Source of the DNA: Deltaproteobacteria bacterium TL4 | Lineage (GTDB): Bacteria > SAR324 > NAC60-12 | Direction: 5' to 3' | Assembly: GCA_051382335.1 (NCBI GenBank) | Contig: JBBCAX010000134.1 | Location: 1-17,231, forward strand | DNA length: 17,231 bases | In this document: positions 1 through 8,852 of the stretch, in pieces | How the letters are laid out: each line of letters begins with the position of its first letter | Numbering within the stretch: the first letter of the stretch is position 1 | The notes under the pieces: model-generated | The model's input: only the letters and a program-made list of their open reading frames with translations | Database searches by the model: none | What the model was told of the DNA's origin: nothing | Made by a program: the position numbers and the translations under genes

Positions 1-286
1 ATGGTTCATTCGGGTGAGAGGGTTAACATGATTTTTGAAAAATTGTTAATACACTACTCCTGATTGAGTTGCAATTTCTACTAATTTTTAGACAGGGTGG
101 CCGAACTTACGACCAAGCCCGAATAATATTTTATTTTAAAAAGGTTGCTATTTTATTTTTATTTTAATAAAGAGTAAAACAGAGTTGAACCTTAATAGGG
201 GTTACAACCTCTTTATGGTGTAACAGGCTGGGAGCATCTTTTTTGCTTACCGCGGTTTATGATCAATCTGCATGAAAGGAGGGGTT

Positions 287-469
287 ATGAAAAAGCGATC
301 CAGTGGACAACAGTATCTCACACATCTGGAAATCGAAAATGCGATGATGTCTTTTTTTAACGGAGGAGGAAAAATAAAAGTACTTCCCCAGCAAAAAATG
401 ACCACTCTTGACGTAATCGGTTCTCCAAAGTGGGATGCGTATGAAAACATTCAGGATCTGTATTTTTAA
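287..469 (+). CDS. Small protein (60 aa) with a SutA-like RNA-polymerase-binding motif
   Basis: A strong Shine-Dalgarno (AAAGGAGG, 275-282) precedes ATG 287, so this start is preferred over 272. The segment EIENAMMSFFNGGGKIKVL matches the AMxxFLxxGGK(V/I) motif of Pseudomonas SutA. A terminator-like hairpin follows at 527-558. Confidence 0.7.
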   Translation: MKKRSSGQQYLTHLEIENAMMSFFNGGGKIKVLPQQKMTTLDVIGSPKWDAYENIQDLYF

Positions 470-526
470 TCCGTGAACTTTAAACCAAAATCAATCTCAT
501 GTTAAAACGATATAACAGCCAACCAG

Positions 527-558
527 TGATTTTGAGTTCTTAACAGAACTCAAAATCA
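527..558. terminator. Perfect 14-bp hairpin, probable bidirectional terminator
   Basis: TGATTTTGAGTTCT-taac-AGAACTCAAAATCA lies between the convergent small gene (stop 469) and the fumarase (stop 592). There is no long U-tract outside the stem. Confidence 0.65.
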
Positions 559-591
559 ACACTCTCCTTCTGAATAGAATTTTCGTCTTAA

Positions 592-2199
592 TTACCGCTT
601 AAAAAAATCGTTGCCTTTATCATCAACAATAATAAAGGCCGGAAAATCTTTAACCGTTATTTCGAAAATCGCTTCCATTCCAAGTTCTTCAAATTCCAAG
701 ATTTTGATATTGGTGATGCAGTTTTTTCCAAGGACAGCAGCAGGTCCACCGATTGAGCCTAAGTAGAAGCCTCCATATTTTTTACATGATTCGGTCACAA
801 TTTCAGTGCGATTGCCTTTTGCGAGCATGACCAAAGAGCCACCTTCTTTTTGAAAAAGAGGAACATAAGGATCCATGCGTTGTGCAGTGGTTGGTCCAAA
901 TGAACCGGAAGCATAGCCGCTTGGTGTTTTCGCAGGTCCGGCATAATAAATGATTCGGTCCTTAAAATAATCAGGCAAACCGTGGCCTTGATCCAAACGT
1001 TCCTTGATCAGGGCATGAGCAATATCACGTGCGACAGTGATTTGACCATTGAGCATTACCATGGTGGTGATCGGATATTGAGTCAACGTCTTACGTAAGG
1101 CGTCCATGCCTTTGTTCAGGTCAATCTGGACCATGTCCGTGGCTGCTGGGGTTTTGGAACTGGCAGGTAAAAATTGTGCAGGATTGGTTTCTAATTTTTC
1201 GACGAAAATACCCTCTTTCGTGATTTTTGCTTTGATGTTACGGTCAGCGCTACAACTGACACCCATCCCTACGGGGCAAGAGGCACCATGACGGGGAAGA
1301 CGGACCACGCGAACATCATGGCAAAAGTATTTTCCTCCGAATTGTGCGCCAATACCTGTTTCCTGAGCCATCTTTAAAACTTTTTCTTCCAGTTCCAGAT
1401 CACGAAAGGCTCGCCCGAGGGCATTCCCTGAGGTGGGTAAATGATCCAGATATCCCGTCGAAGCAAGTTTGACTGTTTTGAGCGTAGACTCCGCGGAAGT
1501 TCCACCAATCACAAGCGCAAGATGGTAAGGAGGGCAGGCCGCTGTTCCGAGGGTTTGCAGTTTTTCCCAAATAAAACTGGCTAAGGTTTTGGGGTTCAAT
1601 AAGGCTTTAGTTTGTTGGTACAGATAGGTTTTATTGGCGGAACCGCCTCCTTTGGCAAGAAATAAAAAGTGATATTCATTTCCTGGAATCGCATAGATAT
1701 CAATTTGGGCAGGTAAATTATTACCTGTGTTTTTTTCCTTATACATATCAAGAGCCGCAACTTGAGAGTATCTGAGATTCTTCTCTGTATAAGCTTTGCA
1801 GATTCCCCTGCTTAGGGCTTCCGCGTCATTTGAACTGGTCCAGACTTTTTCTCCTTTTTTCGCGAAAATAATCGCGGTCCCCGTATCTTGACAAGAGGGA
1901 AACACGCCCTCCGCGGAAATGATCGCATTTTCCAATAAAGCGGTTGCGACATAGACATCATTCTGAGAGGCTTCCGGATCTTCAATGATTTTTTCCAATT
2001 TCTGAAGATGTGCCGTCCGGAGAAGATGAGATACATCCACCAGGGCTTGATTGCTTAAAAAGGCGAGTCCTTCAGGGGTGATTTTTAAGATTTCCTGTCC
2101 TTCAACGCTGATGGTTGAAACATAATCCCGTGTCAATAAGCGATACTCCGTTGTATCGTTTTCAAGGGGAAAAAGTTCTTGGTATTGAAATTCGCTCAT
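592..2199 (-). CDS. fumA: Class I (Fe-S) fumarate hydratase, FumA/FumB type
   Basis: 535 aa with the motifs [50 protein letters not shown] and [18 protein letters not shown] lies just upstream of the ATG. Confidence 0.96.
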   Translation of the reverse strand: MSEFQYQELFPLENDTTEYRLLTRDYVSTISVEGQEILKITPEGLAFLSNQALVDVSHLLRTAHLQKLEKIIEDPEASQNDVYVATALLENAIISAEGVFPSCQDTGTAIIFAKKGEKVWTSSNDAEALSRGICKAYTEKNLRYSQVAALDMYKEKNTGNNLPAQIDIYAIPGNEYHFLFLAKGGGSANKTYLYQQTKALLNPKTLASFIWEKLQTLGTAACPPYHLALVIGGTSAESTLKTVKLASTGYLDHLPTSGNALGRAFRDLELEEKVLKMAQETGIGAQFGGKYFCHDVRVVRLPRHGASCPVGMGVSCSADRNIKAKITKEGIFVEKLETNPAQFLPASSKTPAATDMVQIDLNKGMDALRKTLTQYPITTMVMLNGQITVARDIAHALIKERLDQGHGLPDYFKDRIIYYAGPAKTPSGYASGSFGPTTAQRMDPYVPLFQKEGGSLVMLAKGNRTEIVTESCKKYGGFYLGSIGGPAAVLGKNCITNIKILEFEELGMEAIFEITVKDFPAFIIVDDKGNDFFKR

Positions 2200-2272
2200 A
2201 ACTCCTCATTTGTCACTGGGTGTTTGGACTGTAAACAGGCTAAGTTTCATTTCACCTGGTCACAGAACCTTA

Positions 2273-4360
2273 TTAAACGGATCCCTCTTTGGCAAAAACA
2301 ATTTCTTTGAGATCCAAATATTGTCGGGACCAACTGGCAAGGATATGGCACAAAAACAAGCGGTTTCTTTGCTTAACAGGATTTTCATCCATAACCATGA
2401 CCTTATCAAAAAATTGAGTAATGATGGGTACCAGCTCAAAAACTTGTAACAGATAGTGATCTAGATTGAGCTCTTTTTGAGGTAAAGATTGCACCTGTTT
2501 CCAAAAGGTTTTTTCTTCAGGAAGCTCCAAAGCCGCTTTTTCAATGTGCGTAGGCACAAGAGCGGACTGCTGCTGACTGATGTTATTAGCTCTGACAATC
2601 GACTCAACCGCCTTTTTAAACAGGGGAGAATCCAGGTGATCTTTGAGCATATCCGCAAGTTTTAACTGATCCACAGGTAATAAGGCCGTCCCTTTCAGTA
2701 GCGCCTCAATGACATCATGTCGGATATTCGCCTGTTTCATCAGAAACCGTTGTCTGAGCTCCATAAAGTCCAACAAGTTTTGTCTGATGGATGCGGAGTC
2801 CAACGTCAGTCCTTGTTGTTGAATTAAAATCTGGAGTGCTTTTGCGATCAAGCCATCAAGAGGGATTCGGATCTCATACCCATAGATGAGTTGCATTAAG
2901 CCTTGAGCCATGCGTCGTAGGGCATAAGGGTCTTCAGAACCGCTTGGGTCTAATTTCAACGAAAAGGCGGTCACCAACATATCCAGCCTGTCCGCAAGCG
3001 CGGCAGGAACCGTTTCGAGATCTTGAGGTAATGCTTCCTGAAGGGTGCGCGGTGCGTAATGATCACGGATTCCCCTGCATACAACTTCCGTTTCACGTCG
3101 TATTCGGGCATAACGCTCTCCCATGATTCCCTGCAGTTTTGGAAATTCCATGACCATCTGGGTTTGAAGATCAAATTTACACAACTGAGCAATCCGCATC
3201 GCCTCCTTTTTTTGTTTCTGGGAAAAAGCCAGTTGCTCCGCGATAAAATCACTCAATTCTTCAATTCGATTCACACGTTGGGTGACGGTCCCGCGTTTAT
3301 TAAAAAACACGACCTTGTTTAGTTTCTTATTAAAAAAAGACAATTCATGTTTTTGATCTTCAAAATAAAAAAAGCGGGCATCACTCAAACGGGCTCTTAA
3401 AACCTTCATATTCCCCTGTTTAACCAGCTCAAGACTACGGTCATTGCCATTGCGAACGGTTACAAAATGCGGCAAGAGCGTTCCTTGAGCGTCATAAACC
3501 GGAAAATAACGTTGGTGTTTTGCCATAGAGGTGACCAGGACTTCCGAAGGCAATTGAAGAAACGCTTCCTCAAAGTTCCCAACCAGGGCGGTGGGCCATT
3601 CCACCAAATTAGTGACTTCTGTGAGCAGATCTTCATCCAATTGAACATGGAATCCGTGTTTGTTTTCGAGCTCTCGTATTTGAGCAACGATAAGCTCTTT
3701 GCGCTGATCAAAATCCACGAGAACATAGGCCTGTTTTAATTGCTTCTGGTATTGCTCCGCGTGAATCATCGCAAAGGATTCTGGCGCGAGAAACCGATGC
3801 CCCTGACTGGTTTTAGCTGCGGTTTTCATTTCCAAAGAAACAGGAAGCAATTGATTGTTCCAAAGAGAACAGACCCACCGGATGGGTCGGGCATAACGCA
3901 TTTTATACCACCCCCAACGCATATTTTTGGGAAAAGTGATAGACGTAATCCATTGAGGCGCATGCATTTCCAGCAAATGAGTAGTTGCCTGTCCTTTCAC
4001 CTCCTGAGTGATGAATAAATAATCCTGACCTTGGAACTCCTTGACTCCAAGCTGATCGACCTCGACTGCATTTTTTTTCGCAAAGCCCAAGGCGGCTTTA
4101 CTCCATTGTCCTTGCTCATCCTTCGCAATTTTAGCTGGGGGACCTTTGATCTCCCGGATCTGATCTTCTTGCTTTTCAGGGAGACCTGAAACTACAACCG
4201 CAAGCCTTCTGGGTGTTGAAAATTTTTGTATTGAGGTAAAGGCGAGGCTGTGTTGCTCCAAGGTGACCTTCACCAATTCTTCTAATTTATTGACTCCAGG
4301 AAGAATGAATGGAGCAGGAAGTTCTTCCAATCCAATTTCCAATAAATAAGTATTCACCAC
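2273..4360 (-). CDS. glyS: Glycine--tRNA ligase beta subunit
   Basis: Motifs LLEIGLEELP, TPRRLA, MRWG, RPIRW, HQRYF, RARLSDARFF, SGSEDPYALRR and FFDKVMVM...NRL. The GTG start overlaps the glyQ TAG stop (TAGTG). Confidence 0.97.
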   Translation of the reverse strand: MVNTYLLEIGLEELPAPFILPGVNKLEELVKVTLEQHSLAFTSIQKFSTPRRLAVVVSGLPEKQEDQIREIKGPPAKIAKDEQGQWSKAALGFAKKNAVEVDQLGVKEFQGQDYLFITQEVKGQATTHLLEMHAPQWITSITFPKNMRWGWYKMRYARPIRWVCSLWNNQLLPVSLEMKTAAKTSQGHRFLAPESFAMIHAEQYQKQLKQAYVLVDFDQRKELIVAQIRELENKHGFHVQLDEDLLTEVTNLVEWPTALVGNFEEAFLQLPSEVLVTSMAKHQRYFPVYDAQGTLLPHFVTVRNGNDRSLELVKQGNMKVLRARLSDARFFYFEDQKHELSFFNKKLNKVVFFNKRGTVTQRVNRIEELSDFIAEQLAFSQKQKKEAMRIAQLCKFDLQTQMVMEFPKLQGIMGERYARIRRETEVVCRGIRDHYAPRTLQEALPQDLETVPAALADRLDMLVTAFSLKLDPSGSEDPYALRRMAQGLMQLIYGYEIRIPLDGLIAKALQILIQQQGLTLDSASIRQNLLDFMELRQRFLMKQANIRHDVIEALLKGTALLPVDQLKLADMLKDHLDSPLFKKAVESIVRANNISQQQSALVPTHIEKAALELPEEKTFWKQVQSLPQKELNLDHYLLQVFELVPIITQFFDKVMVMDENPVKQRNRLFLCHILASWSRQYLDLKEIVFAKEGSV

Positions 4361-5289
4361 TACTCCTCTTCTTCACTCAGTTGTTGTACCCAATGTTCTG
4401 CCAGCTGTCGATCTTTCATCAAAGGAAATTTTAATTTACAGCGCTCTTTAAGAAAGAGTTTCGCAATTCGATGTGAAAGGTTACGGACTTTAGCAATATA
4501 AGCCGCTCTTTCCGAAACACTGATCGCTCCAGCCGCATCAAGTTGGTTAAAGGTGTGAGAACATTTGAGCACATAATCGAAAGCAGGAAAAACTAAACTC
4601 TGATCAATGATTCGTAAGGCTTCTGTTTCATATTGACTGAAAAGCTTGAATAACAGGCTGGTATCTACGATTTCAAACGTATATTTTGAATGTTCAAACT
4701 CAGGTTGTTTAAAAATTGCGGCATAGCTAACACCTTTGGCGAATTCAAGATCAAACACATTTTCTTTGTTTTGAAGATAGGAAGCCAACCGCTCTATCCC
4801 ATAAGTCAACTCCACAGCGACAGGGTTGCATTCCAATCCGCCAACTTGTTGAAAATAAGTATATTGAGTGACTTCCATGCCATCCAGCCAAACTTCCCAC
4901 CCTAAGCCCCAGGCGCCAAGAGTCGGAGATTCCCAGTTGTCTTCAACAAACCGGATGTCATGATCCAGAGGCTCAATCCCCAAGGCAATCAAAGATTCCA
5001 GGTACAGCGCCTGTACTTCATCAGGCATGGGTTTTAGGATGACTTGGTACTGATGGTGTTGATACAGGCGATTGGGGTTGTCTCCATAGCGTCCATCCGC
5101 AGGACGGCGGGAAGGTTCCACATAGGCCGCACTCCATTCTTCAGGACCAATGGCACGTAAAAAAGTTGCAGGATTCATGGTCCCGGCACCCGTTTCAACA
5201 TCATAAGGATTCATTAGCAAACATCCTTGTTTTTCCCAAAACTGGTGAAGGGTCATAATAATGTCCTGAATCGTAGGATCATGAGACAT
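4360..5289 (-). CDS. glyQ: Glycine--tRNA ligase alpha subunit
   Basis: Motifs [67 protein letters not shown] and KCSHTFN. Confidence 0.98.
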   Translation of the reverse strand: MSHDPTIQDIIMTLHQFWEKQGCLLMNPYDVETGAGTMNPATFLRAIGPEEWSAAYVEPSRRPADGRYGDNPNRLYQHHQYQVILKPMPDEVQALYLESLIALGIEPLDHDIRFVEDNWESPTLGAWGLGWEVWLDGMEVTQYTYFQQVGGLECNPVAVELTYGIERLASYLQNKENVFDLEFAKGVSYAAIFKQPEFEHSKYTFEIVDTSLLFKLFSQYETEALRIIDQSLVFPAFDYVLKCSHTFNQLDAAGAISVSERAAYIAKVRNLSHRIAKLFLKERCKLKFPLMKDRQLAEHWVQQLSEEEE

Positions 5290-5368
5290 AGTCTTTACTT
5301 AATTTATGGTTAAAAATTCAAGCGTAAACTGTTCCCGCTTTTAGGAGAGGGTAAAGGAATCAAAGAAT

Positions 5369-5830
5369 CTAGAACCTGTCAGGCTTCTCACAATTTTCTG
5401 ATTTCAGGTCAGGGTCTTTTTTCCCTAAAGGGATCACTTTGGCTGGACTTTTAAAATTTTTCTTTCCATGGGCGTTACGCTGGAAAGCAGAATTTGAAGC
5501 GGAAGCGTCTTTATCTTCCATTACAAAGTCCTCCTCATCCTCATCATCGTCCTCCTCATCGTCATAAAAAAAATCTTCCTGGGTGATGTAAGAATGAACG
5601 GCACTGATCTTATTGGCAATGAGGTTCAACCAGACAATCCCAAAAATTCCTATACTAACGAGTGTTGCTTCAAATTGAGGAAAAGAAGTAAAATGCCTAA
5701 CCAACCATGTGCCTGCGCCAATCAACACGACCACTTGGGCCATTTGTAACAGTTTTCCTGCAATAGAGATTATCAGTCCAATCACCAAACCTCCAAAAAT
5801 CGTTGAAATCGAATGGCGTTCTTTTTCCAT
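5369..5830 (-). CDS. Hypothetical membrane protein with acidic low-complexity tail
   Basis: 153-aa ORF co-oriented with its neighbours. It has about three hydrophobic segments, then DDEEDDDEDEED, then a Lys-rich end. Confidence 0.75.
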   Translation of the reverse strand: MEKERHSISTIFGGLVIGLIISIAGKLLQMAQVVVLIGAGTWLVRHFTSFPQFEATLVSIGIFGIVWLNLIANKISAVHSYITQEDFFYDDEEDDDEDEEDFVMEDKDASASNSAFQRNAHGKKNFKSPAKVIPLGKKDPDLKSENCEKPDRF

Positions 5831-5964
5831 AACCGTCCCACATTCATTAACTTAATTTTTGATTAAATTCCGGCACCTGTCCGAGTTGTGTCATTAATTT
5901 TCTCAATCTAGCCTTTTCAATCAAAATGGACAACTTAATTTTTGGTTTTACACGCACCTTTTTT

Positions 5965-7701
5965 TTATTTTGAAACGTGTTGAATCCACGCCTTTTGGGC
6001 CTGTGTCAGGATTTTTTTCAGAGAGCTATAAATCCAATGTAAAGCCAACTGATGTTTTTGTTGTAAAACCTCATAAAGCTCTTTTTGTGTTTGTGACATC
6101 ACTTGTTGTTGAACCAAACAGGCGCCTCCCAGATTCCTTGAACGTGAAATCGCTTCAGCGCACAGAGACTCCAGGTGCTTCAGGGAAACCTGAGTGACCA
6201 CAATGATTCCATGCGCGACATAATCTTGAAAAGTTTTCACATTGATTCTCAGGAGTTGATCCACATTTTGATATTCCAGCGGATTCATCCATAAAGTTTT
6301 AGGGATGTAATTTAATTGCCGACTGAGCTCTGAAGCAAGCTCTTCATCTTCACACAAGAGCAAGGCTTGCGTGGTTTGTAGCTCCCTGGTATTTTCCCAG
6401 ACCTCCTCCCAAGCCCTACTTTTTGCCAAACAAGGCGTGAGCTGTTCTGCGATGATTACGACTTCATCCAATATTTTTTCTTCCTGGCTGTAAAGCAGGT
6501 ATTTATTGTGTGCTAATCGGTGTTCTGCGGTTAATTGTTTTTCCTTCTTGAGTAACGCTTCTCTTTGTTGATTGAGTTCAATACGGGAAAGGTCAGGACA
6601 ATGAATCACCGGAGGCACTTTGAGTTCATGGATTTCTACAAAAAATTGAAGAGGAAGCAGTAGCTGCTTTATTTCCTGATACCACTTAAAGGGCGCTCCT
6701 GAAAATGAAACATTGGCAAAATCTTCGAGTTGAAGCCAAAGCATTGACTGTTCCAGAGGGTAGGATCCTGGTGGGAAGTTAGAAAGGACTTTCACGTCCT
6801 GATAGCCCGCTTCCCTCAATAGCAGGCAGACCACTTCATTAATGATCGATACGTTGCCCAAACAACGAACAGGCTGATGTAAAATCGAATCTGATTTTCC
6901 TATTTCCGGAGGAGTTTGTTGTGCTTTACAGTGTTTGATCAGTCGCTTAAACGCAGGATTATCCGTTGAAAAATTCCCGTCCAACAAGTAATGCACCTGA
7001 ATTTTTTGAATTTCCATGAAGTCCACTTGATCCAGGGCAATCCCCGGAAAAAGGTAGCAATGTTGTTTTACTTTTAAGATGCCTTTGACCTGCTGACGCG
7101 CAAGGGTCTGTTTTTGTTGCGTAAGGAAGGAATCTATCCATTGGTCCGAGGTCATTATGCCTGAATCTGTCATCACGGAAACAATCTGTGACAGAGCAAT
7201 TAACTGGTCCGCAGGCAATTCCTCAAGTGTTGTGTCCACCGTCTGACCGGAGGCGCGATAACGCAATTTTTTGATGGAATGATTAATCTTAAGGCGTGGA
7301 AACCGTTGTGTGGACGTGGCGACAAACGGGGAAGGATGGGATAAATGAAATCGCATTCGATTAACAAGACGAATTTCAGGATTGTTTTGTAATACAGGCC
7401 CTAACTCGCGTTCAAGCTCTTCAATGACGAAGGCGCAGCGTATGAAAGGCGTTCGCTTTTGTTGAAACTGGGTTACAAAAAAATAGCAATCATCCGGAGT
7501 TTCAAAAGCACTCGGCCGTAAAAAAATCAACTCCAGAGGTGTTTTTGCCAAGCGCTTGCAGGTTGCGATGATTTTGTCCGAACAGACATCCTGCTCTTGG
7601 AGTAAGGGGGAGGTTGTTATGGAGATAGAAAGTTGCACTTGAAGCTTGTCAATCAATAATGACCAGCTTTGTTCTGTTAAACCAATACCTAATAGTTGCA
7701 T
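5965..7701 (-). CDS. Hypothetical protein (578 aa) with predicted coiled-coil segments
   Basis: Long ORF filling the gap in the minus-strand run. Heptad-like Q/E/L-rich stretches (ELNQQREALLKKEKQLTAE; QQQVMSQTQKELYEVLQQKHQL). No family recognised. Confidence 0.8.
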   Translation of the reverse strand: MQLLGIGLTEQSWSLLIDKLQVQLSISITTSPLLQEQDVCSDKIIATCKRLAKTPLELIFLRPSAFETPDDCYFFVTQFQQKRTPFIRCAFVIEELERELGPVLQNNPEIRLVNRMRFHLSHPSPFVATSTQRFPRLKINHSIKKLRYRASGQTVDTTLEELPADQLIALSQIVSVMTDSGIMTSDQWIDSFLTQQKQTLARQQVKGILKVKQHCYLFPGIALDQVDFMEIQKIQVHYLLDGNFSTDNPAFKRLIKHCKAQQTPPEIGKSDSILHQPVRCLGNVSIINEVVCLLLREAGYQDVKVLSNFPPGSYPLEQSMLWLQLEDFANVSFSGAPFKWYQEIKQLLLPLQFFVEIHELKVPPVIHCPDLSRIELNQQREALLKKEKQLTAEHRLAHNKYLLYSQEEKILDEVVIIAEQLTPCLAKSRAWEEVWENTRELQTTQALLLCEDEELASELSRQLNYIPKTLWMNPLEYQNVDQLLRINVKTFQDYVAHGIIVVTQVSLKHLESLCAEAISRSRNLGGACLVQQQVMSQTQKELYEVLQQKHQLALHWIYSSLKKILTQAQKAWIQHVSK

Positions 7702-7793
7702 GTAATCATGGAGTTGATATTTTGAAAAATCATAAAACGGAAAAGCAACGCATGTTTAACCAGGCACCATCGCAAAGCGGTATTCGTTCTTTT

Positions 7794-8852
7794 TCACTTT
7801 TTGGGTCGATAAAGATAAGGGCGCGCGATTTGAGCTATTTGGCGCACATCATCAATCAATTTTTTGAGGACATCCGGTGTAATCGCTTGTTTGGGGTCAT
7901 CCCCTATACCGCGTTTCGGTTCGATGTGACACTCAATGAGTAGACCATCCGCGCCATAAGAAGCAGCAGCCAAACAGGCATGCGGCACATAAACCGATTT
8001 TCCTACCGCATGAGAGGGATCCACGACAACGGGTGCCCACGTATGCTCTTTGAGCAACGGAGTAATGGCTTCATCAGGATGATTTCGATAGCCATCCATT
8101 GTGGGTAAGGTCCCGCGAGGACAAAGCAATATATTGGGATTTCCCTGAGCGACAACATACTCTCCTGCCGCAATAAACTCATTCAAGGCTCCCATATGAA
8201 TCGATCGTTTCAGAATAACACCCACATGGGGATGGTCATGAATCGCTTTCCCGATTTGTTTGAGCAAACTATAGTTTAAAGCATTTCGTGCGCCAACCTG
8301 CAAGAGATCAACACCGGACCGAATGGCCAGGTTCAACTGTTCTTCATCCATGACTTCCGCGGCCACAGGCAGACCGGTTTGTGCCTTCGCCTCTAACAAA
8401 TAGTCTAAACTTTTGGCGCTTCCTTGAAAGGAGTGAGGTAAGGTTCTCGGTTTCCAAACCCCTCCACGCAGCATACTGGCACCGGCTTCTTTAATCGCAT
8501 GGGCCGTTTCATAAAACAGCGTCGGATTTTTAGGGTCAATGGTACAATGTCCCGCGATGACTCGAAAGGTTCCATTCCCAAAAGTTACGCCTCCGATCTG
8601 AACCTGGTGTTGTTCCAGTTCATTGCCCAGACTCATTAACTTATAGGGGCTTTGCATTTGATCCACACGATCGATATACTCCAACCCCTCAAGACGATTA
8701 ACCAGCAATTCATCTCGCTCGTCTCCAATCATTGCGTAAATGCATCGGGTTGTTCCATGGATCACTTGAATATTGATATTGAATTCCGCCGTTATACTTT
8801 CGACTTCTTTCAGTTGTTGCTCTGTTAATTTACTGGCTTTTGGAATAATCAT
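7794..8852 (-). CDS. aroF: 3-deoxy-7-phosphoheptulonate (DAHP) synthase, type I-beta, with N-terminal ferredoxin-like regulatory domain
   Basis: Motifs IAGHC, RGGVWKPRT..HSFQG, QVGARN, LKR, VDPSHAVG, GADGLLIECH, plus an N-terminal extension of about 70 aa ending in SPYKL. The start is moved from 8912 to ATG 8852 (MIIPK), which has GAGAG upstream and fits the family N-terminus. Confidence 0.88.
   Translation of the reverse strand: MIIPKASKLTEQQLKEVESITAEFNINIQVIHGTTRCIYAMIGDERDELLVNRLEGLEYIDRVDQMQSPYKLMSLGNELEQHQVQIGGVTFGNGTFRVIAGHCTIDPKNPTLFYETAHAIKEAGASMLRGGVWKPRTLPHSFQGSAKSLDYLLEAKAQTGLPVAAEVMDEEQLNLAIRSGVDLLQVGARNALNYSLLKQIGKAIHDHPHVGVILKRSIHMGALNEFIAAGEYVVAQGNPNILLCPRGTLPTMDGYRNHPDEAITPLLKEHTWAPVVVDPSHAVGKSVYVPHACLAAASYGADGLLIECHIEPKRGIGDDPKQAITPDVLKKLIDDVRQIAQIARPYLYRPKK

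Noticed and set aside
1..63. Short plus-strand frame starting at base 1 and ending TGA 61-63
   Set aside because: Only 20 codons are visible and no motif is recognisable. It cannot be told apart from chance or a truncated gene end.
73..93. AATTTCTACTAATTTTTAGAC resembles a Cas12a direct-repeat 3' handle (AATTTCTACT-loop-GTAGAT)
   Set aside because: It is a single copy, the TCTAC/GTAGA stem is broken (TTAGA), and there is no spacer periodicity or cas gene in the window. It would only matter if an array lies left of the window.
181..240. TTGAACC...GGTT and GCATCT reminiscent of the 6S RNA 3' half
   Set aside because: No complementary 5' strand exists upstream to build the long 6S rod.
229..247. 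Sigma54-like site (GAGCAT-N5-TTGCT) upstream of the small gene
   Set aside because: The invariant GG at -24 is AG at the required spacing.
2210..2263. Imperfect inverted repeat in the glyS-fumA spacer (TGTCACTGGGTG / CACCTGGTCACA)
   Set aside because: On the transcribed minus strand it has three mismatches in 12 and no U-tract, so the evidence is weak.
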